Below are positions 59,687 through 64,000 of a stretch of 64,000 bases of DNA, piece by piece. The stretch lies in IMG/VR virus record IMGVR_UViG_3300032093_000060, positions 25,793-89,792 of that record. One strand, 5' to 3'. The position numbers and the translations under genes were made by a program. This stretch comes from a virus. Below the pieces are notes generated by a model. That model searched no databases and was not told the DNA's origin. It saw only the letters and a list, made by a program, of their open reading frames with translations. Each line of letters opens with the position of its first letter. The first letter of the stretch is position 1.

Positions 59687-59871
59687 CCGGCTGCAGGGGC
59701 CCCCACCCCTTAGCCGGACTGGTGGTACCCCCCAGTCTGAGCCAGCTGGCAGATTGCATCTGACCATCTGTCTAAGAAAATTTCCTTGGCAGGAAATGTT
59801 TCTATGACTGTACCATGCTGTGCATGCTACACTAGCTGTCATGTCATCACAAGCTCTGACATAGGACAGCT
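59687..59871. other. GC-rich array of about six consecutive hairpins at the strand switch
   Basis: CCGGCT/AGCCGG, ACTGG/CCAGT, GGCAGAT/ATCTGTC, AGAAAATTTCCT/AGGAAATGTTTCT, TGTA-CATGC/GCATG-TACA, AGCTGTC-ATGTCA/TGACAT-GACAGCT. Confidence 0.75.
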
Positions 59872-59878
59872 CTTCTGG

Positions 59879-59894
59879 CTAGCCCTGAACATAA
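59879..59894 (+). promoter_or_regulatory. Early promoter-like motif copy 1 (CTAGCCCTGAACATAA)
   Basis: Conserved motif repeated five times ahead of plus-strand units. Confidence 0.75.
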
Positions 59895-59917
59895 TATAAA
59901 ATATTAAATTTTATCTT

Positions 59918-60187
59918 ATGAATAATCTTATCATTCGGGTTATTGCTAACCCAAACTCAAAGAAAACCTGGGTTGTCTATCCCAGTGCAGGCATAAAGCC
60001 TTTCGTTATAGACAAGACCAGGTGCAAAGGTGTCAAGCTTAAGCCCAACAAACATTATGTTGTTGAGCTTAAGCATGCAAAGAGTAAAACTCCACCTTTG
60101 CCTGACACCATATTTGTATATTGCATATATGCATATGGTGAGCTGATGTTAGACAAGTCTACCACAGCTAAGAAGAAAGGGAAGTAA
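59918..60187 (+). CDS. Early hypothetical protein
   Basis: Between motif copy 1 and a terminator; AT-rich leader. Confidence 0.75.
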   Translation: MNNLIIRVIANPNSKKTWVVYPSAGIKPFVIDKTRCKGVKLKPNKHYVVELKHAKSKTPPLPDTIFVYCIYAYGELMLDKSTTAKKKGK

Positions 60188-60199
60188 GATTCCCTTTCT

Positions 60200-60222
60200 A
60201 AAGGGATTTTATCCCTTTTTTT
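60200..60222 (+). terminator. Rho-independent terminator
   Basis: AAAGGGAT TTT ATCCCTTT TTTT; near-identical copy at 60583-60607. Confidence 0.8.
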
Positions 60223-60226
60223 CTTT

Positions 60227-60242
60227 CTAGCCCAGAACATAA
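60227..60242 (+). promoter_or_regulatory. Early promoter-like motif copy 2 (CTAGCCCAGAACATAA)
   Basis: Repeat motif. Confidence 0.75.
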
Positions 60243-60261
60243 CATAAATAAATTTATTGTT

Positions 60262-60576
60262 ATGAAAACACTTTTTGACCTGTCAAAAACTATTCCTGTG
60301 ATAACTGAAGTTCCACAGGCATCAATGGCCATATTAGACTGTGGCTCCACCAAAGTCTTAATGCCCCTATTATCAGATGAATACAATGGTATTCAACAGA
60401 TAAACAGTCTTTGTTGGACAACATTGTCCAAAAAGACTTTTGACCAAATGTATGAACTTATTTCCAAGGAAATAACTTGCATACATATTGATTCTCATAT
60501 CTATTGCCTTGCAGACAAAAGTTATGAGAATAGAATGGCCAAGGCCATTAATGATGATTATGCTTTAGCACCATAA
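60262..60576 (+). CDS. Early protein with ssrA-like C-terminus (AINDDYALAP)
   Basis: Cassette ORF. Confidence 0.75.
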   Translation: MKTLFDLSKTIPVITEVPQASMAILDCGSTKVLMPLLSDEYNGIQQINSLCWTTLSKKTFDQMYELISKEITCIHIDSHIYCLADKSYENRMAKAINDDYALAP

Positions 60577-60582
60577 TCATCA

Positions 60583-60607
60583 AAAGGGATTTTATCCCTT
60601 TCTTTTT
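60583..60607 (+). terminator. Rho-independent terminator
   Basis: AAAGGGAT TTT ATCCCTTT CTTTTT. Confidence 0.8.
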
Positions 60608-60617
60608 CCCTTTCTTT

Positions 60618-60633
60618 CTAGCCCTTAACTTAA
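60618..60633 (+). promoter_or_regulatory. Early promoter-like motif copy 3 (CTAGCCCTTAACTTAA)
   Basis: Repeat motif. Confidence 0.75.
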
Positions 60634-60665
60634 AATGAAATCATTTTAAGTAAATCAATTTTATT

Positions 60666-60857
60666 ATGCTAACAAAATTAATTTTTGCACTATACCTGTT
60701 AACAGGCACAGTGACCCCTCAAGATGAACATGAGGGGAGAGAAACATATACAATCTTCTTAGAAGATGGTACATGTATAGAACATGCCTATGCAGGCGAA
60801 GTTCTAGAATGGATTGAGACAGGCTCATTCCATTATAACGAAGACTTAGAGGATTAA
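60666..60857 (+). CDS. Small acidic protein with a signal-peptide-like N-terminus
   Basis: MLTKLIFALYLLTG followed by an acidic domain. Confidence 0.7.
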   Translation: MLTKLIFALYLLTGTVTPQDEHEGRETYTIFLEDGTCIEHAYAGEVLEWIETGSFHYNEDLED

Positions 60858-60874
60858 CATCCTCTAACTCTTCT

Positions 60875-60902
60875 GAAGAGTTATTCTAACTCTTCTTTTT
60901 TT
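60875..60902 (+). terminator. Rho-independent terminator
   Basis: GAAGAGTTA TTC TAACTCTTC TTTTTTT. Confidence 0.8.
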
Positions 60903-60912
60903 CCCTTTTATT

Positions 60913-60928
60913 CTAGCCCTTAACATAA
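60913..60928 (+). promoter_or_regulatory. Early promoter-like motif copy 4 (CTAGCCCTTAACATAA)
   Basis: Repeat motif. Confidence 0.75.
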
Positions 60929-60957
60929 ATTGATAAATCAATTAAATTTTATAAATT

Positions 60958-61473
60958 ATGGCTTTACAAGCAAAATTTCTAAAAGTTGGCAAAGGTGGAA
61001 CCTTAGCCATCTATGAAGTGCGTGGCACTTCAACTGAGTTAGCATCTTACGTTGCTAACAACTTTAAAAACAGCGAACCTGTTTTCAAATCTACTCCGGA
61101 TGGCAAGCTCATCCTGAGTAATGGAAATAAAGTTCCACTTTATTTCACTTCTTACCCGTTACCGGGCAAGAATATGTGGCACCCTTTGTATCAAGTACAA
61201 ATGGGTGACAATGCAGGTTCTTGGACTTTAGACAAGTCAGAACTGCAATTTGATGCTCTTGTTGCCAAGAGCCTCGGTGCTGACTTAGGTCAGGCAATTG
61301 CAGCCGAGTCTGCAAAAAGGTATGCTGATAGCACACCTGTGTCATCATCTGCATCAAGCTTGCTTGATGAAGAAGATGATAGTGAAGAGGACTTCACTGC
61401 AGATGCTTCTGAAGAAGCAAATTTGGAAACTGTTGAAACAACAGCTCCCAAAACAGCTAAGACTAACAAGTAG
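60958..61473 (+). CDS. Early protein with acidic C-terminal tail
   Basis: LLDEEDDSEEDF tail; cassette ORF. Confidence 0.8.
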   Translation: MALQAKFLKVGKGGTLAIYEVRGTSTELASYVANNFKNSEPVFKSTPDGKLILSNGNKVPLYFTSYPLPGKNMWHPLYQVQMGDNAGSWTLDKSELQFDALVAKSLGADLGQAIAAESAKRYADSTPVSSSASSLLDEEDDSEEDFTADASEEANLETVETTAPKTAKTNK

Positions 61474-61488
61474 CCTTAGCAAAATAAT

Positions 61489-61525
61489 AAGAGTAGCCAC
61501 TAACGTGGTTACTCTTTTATTTTTT
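61489..61525 (+). terminator. Rho-independent terminator
   Basis: AAGAGTAGCCAC TAAC GTGGTTACTCTT TTATTTTTT. Confidence 0.85.
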
Positions 61526-61552
61526 CAAACCTGAAACATAACCCTCTTTCTT

Positions 61553-61568
61553 CTAGCCCGTAACATAG
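61553..61568 (+). promoter_or_regulatory. Early promoter-like motif copy 5 (CTAGCCCGTAACATAG), not followed by an ORF
   Basis: Repeat motif; next credible ORF starts at 61958. Confidence 0.7.
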
Positions 61569-61957
61569 TTTGCTATTGCACTCTTTATAGAGTGCTAATA
61601 CAAGAAACATACAAGTAATATGTAGTTATTTTAAACATTGTGTTTTAAATTTTACAGTTAATAGGCTCAAAGTATAGGGAAATATACTTGCTACTTGCAT
61701 GTATCAGGTTTCAGGTTTCTAACTTTTTGATTAAAATCTTTTGTCTCCACCGTGTGTAGCAAGTAGACTTTAGTATTGATAATCAGATAGTTACAAAATG
61801 CGGAAATAAGTATGTATATATCTGTATGTTATGTATATTGTTACTACTTACTACTTTATACCTTCTACTTATCTTGTATTATTGTATTATAATACTTTAG
61901 TATTATATAGATTTTATATAGCTAAACCTAATTGTGTAACCAACTAAACACATATAT

Positions 61958-62146
61958 ATGAATTCTGTTAATAGAATTACCATTACAGAAGATTATGCTT
62001 TACAGCTTAATACTTCTATTGAAGCTCTTATACTAGAGCAAGAGAAACAAGGCTTCCGGGAAGTTAATAGATACACACATCCTGCGGTAGGATTAGTAGT
62101 TGTTCTAACTGATGCACCTGTACCTGATTATTCTCTTGCACCATGA
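61958..62146 (+). CDS. Small early protein ending PDYSLAP
   Basis: ORF with ATGA coupling to the next gene. Confidence 0.7.
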   Translation: MNSVNRITITEDYALQLNTSIEALILEQEKQGFREVNRYTHPAVGLVVVLTDAPVPDYSLAP

Positions 62147-62388
62147 GTAATAGAGATTCATTCCTTATAGGCTTTATACTTGGAGCTGTTTCTTTCTGCG
62201 TACTTATACATATAGTATTACATGTTATTGTAAAGAAAGAAACTCCCGGGAAAGCCTCTCAGCACATCAAGACTGAATACTTTCTTGAAGTGTCTGAAGA
62301 CAGCATTAAAGTTGAATCTTTACATGGTAATGTTTATCAAGGTACATATAGTGACCTTGATAGCATTATCTGTAAGGATAATCTTTAA
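62143..62388 (+). CDS. Single-TM small protein
   Basis: N-terminal hydrophobic helix. Confidence 0.7.
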   Translation: MSNRDSFLIGFILGAVSFCVLIHIVLHVIVKKETPGKASQHIKTEYFLEVSEDSIKVESLHGNVYQGTYSDLDSIICKDNL

Positions 62389-62396
62389 TTATTAGT

Positions 62397-62925
62397 ACAT
62401 CAACTGTAAATAACCGAGGGGGAGTTTTTAACCTTTGCACTCTATGCGGTTTACATACAAGTAGCAATACTTGAGGGGGTTGTTGATGTCAAGCAAAGTT
62501 CATTACTGTTAGTAAACAGTGACAAACCTGTGGGGCTACTATTGGGTTCTATATTTCTCCTGCAAAGAGAGTATAGTACTGACATATCATTTGCAGTGAT
62601 ATGAATCCAAAGTTAGTGCAGACTTAAAAATCAGGTATTTTACACATAGTATTGATAAAGCTATGTGAGTTTAATTTAAACTATCATTATCATGAGAACT
62701 TATTAGTCTCATGTTATATGATTATCTATTCTCCTTCACAAGATTCCACTTGGGAGAATACAGCTGACTGAAGTGGAATTCAGTTTACTTACAAGAATAA
62801 GGATTCAGCGATCCTTCTCTATGGCCTAGGAAACCATATGTGTCTTGTACAGTTGTTTAAATATTGAGCACAATCAATATTATTATTATTACTAACAATC
62901 AAGTCCTGTGTACCTAGCACAGGCA
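62397..62925 (+). ncRNA. Candidate large structured ncRNA or ncRNA array
   Basis: No credible ORF over ~550 nt; many stems with G-U pairs on the + strand, a GCAA tetraloop, a 7-bp kissing loop and an H-type pseudoknot. Confidence 0.6.
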
Positions 62926-62951
62926 AGTCCTCAAACTAAAAAAATTAAGTT

Positions 62952-63086
62952 ATGATTGTTAAAACTATGATTGAATTGTTCCAAGGTAATTTAACCAAGG
63001 TACAATATGTTAAGTATTCTAATGGTAAAACTATTAAAAGAATACTTGGTAAAGATAATGTTCCTGAATTCATCATTAATCTGTAA
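62952..63086 (+). CDS. Small hypothetical protein (44 aa, not in the ORF track)
   Basis: MIVKTMIELFQGNLTKVQYVKYSNGKTIKRILGKDNVPEFIINL after an A-rich leader. Confidence 0.6.
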   Translation: MIVKTMIELFQGNLTKVQYVKYSNGKTIKRILGKDNVPEFIINL

Positions 63087-63090
63087 GACT

Positions 63091-63243
63091 ATGAAGAATT
63101 ATATGCCATATATCTTTGTTGTTCTTTTGTTAGGAACATTTTCCGGGTTACTTATGTCTATGGGAAGCAACATACTTGCTTCTGTAGGTATGATGTCATT
63201 ATTCTGGGCAGCTATGCTTGCTCCCGTATTGGTTAGCAAGTAA
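63091..63243 (+). CDS. Small two-TM membrane protein (50 aa)
   Basis: Likely true start 63091 (MKNYMPYIFV...), 4 nt after the previous stop. Confidence 0.65.
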   Translation: MKNYMPYIFVVLLLGTFSGLLMSMGSNILASVGMMSLFWAAMLAPVLVSK

Positions 63244-63249
63244 CCATAC

Positions 63250-63277
63250 TATCCTGAGTAGGATATAAAACTGCTCA
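63250..63277 (+). ncRNA. Small H-type pseudoknot (copy 1)
   Basis: TATCC/GGATA and TGAGTA/TGCTCA with an A-rich linker. Confidence 0.55.
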
Positions 63278-63390
63278 CTGCCTATTGTATTATTAAAGAC
63301 ATGAAAGAGTCAACTGTAAAAATCAGTTATAATACAATAAGAAATGGTGAAGCAAAACAGTTAAACAGAAACCATTAATAGCAGTTATTT

Positions 63391-63482
63391 ACTCTCATCC
63401 AAGCAGGATAACATACTACCATTGAGCTTATGATGCTCCGTGATGGATGTATGTCAAGGGTTGCAACCTTGTGAGAGTACCA
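63391..63482 (+). ncRNA. tRNA-like RNA with elongated anticodon arm and encoded CCA
   Basis: ACTCTCA/TGAGAGT acceptor + A + CCA; CAAGG-GTTGCAA-CCTTG T-like arm. Confidence 0.6.
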
Positions 63483-63484
63483 AT

Positions 63485-63599
63485 AATCAGATAGAGAAGA
63501 AAGTTCTCACTCAGCAGTATAACTGACTAGTATACACTTATGTCTAGTCAACATAAGAAAAACTGAGAGGTCAGCAGGTGAAAGTCCTGCTTCTGATTA
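63485..63599 (+). ncRNA. tRNA-like RNA with a 48-nt insert in place of the anticodon loop
   Basis: AATCAGA/TCTGATT; TA; GAGAA/TTCTC; A; CTCAG/CTGAG; AGGTC; AGCAGG-TGAAAGT-CCTGCT. Confidence 0.6.
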
Positions 63600-63632
63600 A
63601 GATACAATAGAAAGGCAGTGATATTCTGCGTA

Positions 63633-63659
63633 TACCTGAGCATGTAGACAAAAGGCTCA
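63633..63659 (+). ncRNA. Small H-type pseudoknot (copy 2)
   Basis: TAC/GTA and TGAGC/GCTCA; sequence similar to copy 1. Confidence 0.45.
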
Positions 63660-63699
63660 TTTTTTTAAACTTAATTAATCACTTATAAATAAACTTAAA

Positions 63700-64000
63700 A
63701 TGAAAATTCATTTAAACTCAAGACAAGGTCTCTATGAAGTAGAGACATATGGTAGAGATACAATTACATTATCTACCAAACATAATGTGTTTCAAGTACC
63801 AGTATCTGATTTTAAATCATTTGCCGGTGGTAATTGGAACTTTAATGTACCCAAAGAAAAAATGGATACATTTTTATCAGTTGTTCAACCTGATAAATAT
63901 AAAATACAAGTTGAACAAGAGAATCAAATACTAACTCTAGCTGTTAGATTAGGTATGATTCAAGATGCAGTTAAAGCACAACAATCAGTTGTTGTAGAAG
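63700..64000 (+). CDS. Hypothetical protein (runs off the right edge)
   Basis: ATG 63700 after an A-rich leader, MKIHLNSRQGLYEVETY...; frame open to the window end. Confidence 0.75.
   Translation, partial: MKIHLNSRQGLYEVETYGRDTITLSTKHNVFQVPVSDFKSFAGGNWNFNVPKEKMDTFLSVVQPDKYKIQVEQENQILTLAVRLGMIQDAVKAQQSVVVE

Noticed and set aside
59682-59729. Cloning-vector polylinker contamination (BamHI-PstI-ApaI-KpnI-like run)
   Set aside because: The sites sit within a larger hairpin array, the spacing does not match a polylinker I recognise, and the flanks are continuous phage regulatory sequence; a VecScreen run would settle it
59879-61568. CRISPR array or integron cassettes from the five CTAGCCC repeats
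   Set aside because: Repeats are only ~16 bp, spacing is 300-640 bp and filled by ORFs, there is no attC-like structure, and no cas or integrase gene in the window
62616-62636. tRNA-Leu(TAA) suggested by GCAGACTTAAAAATC
   Set aside because: No D arm, T arm or acceptor in register; it is part of the kissing-loop element
62790-62849. Hammerhead ribozyme at the three-way junction
   Set aside because: Core CUGANGA is missing and GAAA is not in the junction position
63301-63482. Canonical tmRNA (short frame GEAKQLNRNH plus tRNA-like end)
   Set aside because: No G3-U70 alanine acceptor, no GGGG 5' end, and the frame does not end in ALAA
63749-63934. 61-aa ORF in the track
   Set aside because: Out of frame inside the longer ORF starting at 63700, which has a proper A-rich leader
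1-64000. Stop-codon reassignment as in some crAss-like phages
   Set aside because: TerL, portal, MCP and the giant ORFs are intact and tightly packed in code 11; TAA, TAG and TGA all end genes at sensible junctions

Overview
A 64-kb, AT-rich segment of a large Bacteroidota-infecting tailed phage with crAss-like (Crassvirales-type) gene order, read in the standard genetic code. Positions 1-59601 are almost entirely minus-strand late genes. In transcription order these are: metallophosphoesterase, GroES-like and DUF3310 genes, a collagen fibre, lysis genes, PD-(D/E)XK nuclease, TerL, portal, putative scaffold, major capsid protein, about 11 tiny lysine-rich proteins, a ferritin-like protein, Cys-rich tail/fibre proteins, ring and muzzle (tail stabilisation) proteins, then giant cargo-type proteins. 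The strand switches at a GC-rich hairpin array (59687-59871). To its right, plus-strand early genes are built as terminator + CTAGCCCnnAAC motif + small ORF cassettes. The most unusual region is 61.5-63.7 kb, a dense cluster of apparently structured non-coding RNAs. It contains a kissing-loop multibranch RNA, H-type pseudoknots, and a ~410-nt cassette in which a long-range stem and two flanking pseudoknots enclose two non-canonical tRNA-like cloverleaves with expanded anticodon arms. Two nearby early proteins end in an ssrA-tag-like DY[AS]LAP. Other observations: a Pol-beta-like nucleotidyltransferase motif inside a 2383-aa cargo protein, a recurrent xxxGG motif shared by cargo and basic proteins, a TAAAC-N7-RTTTA operator-like palindrome, and a 3'UTR hairpin whose loop is antisense to several start regions. 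All protein calls come from motif recognition and gene order, and all RNA structures from pairing by eye; no database search or folding program was run.
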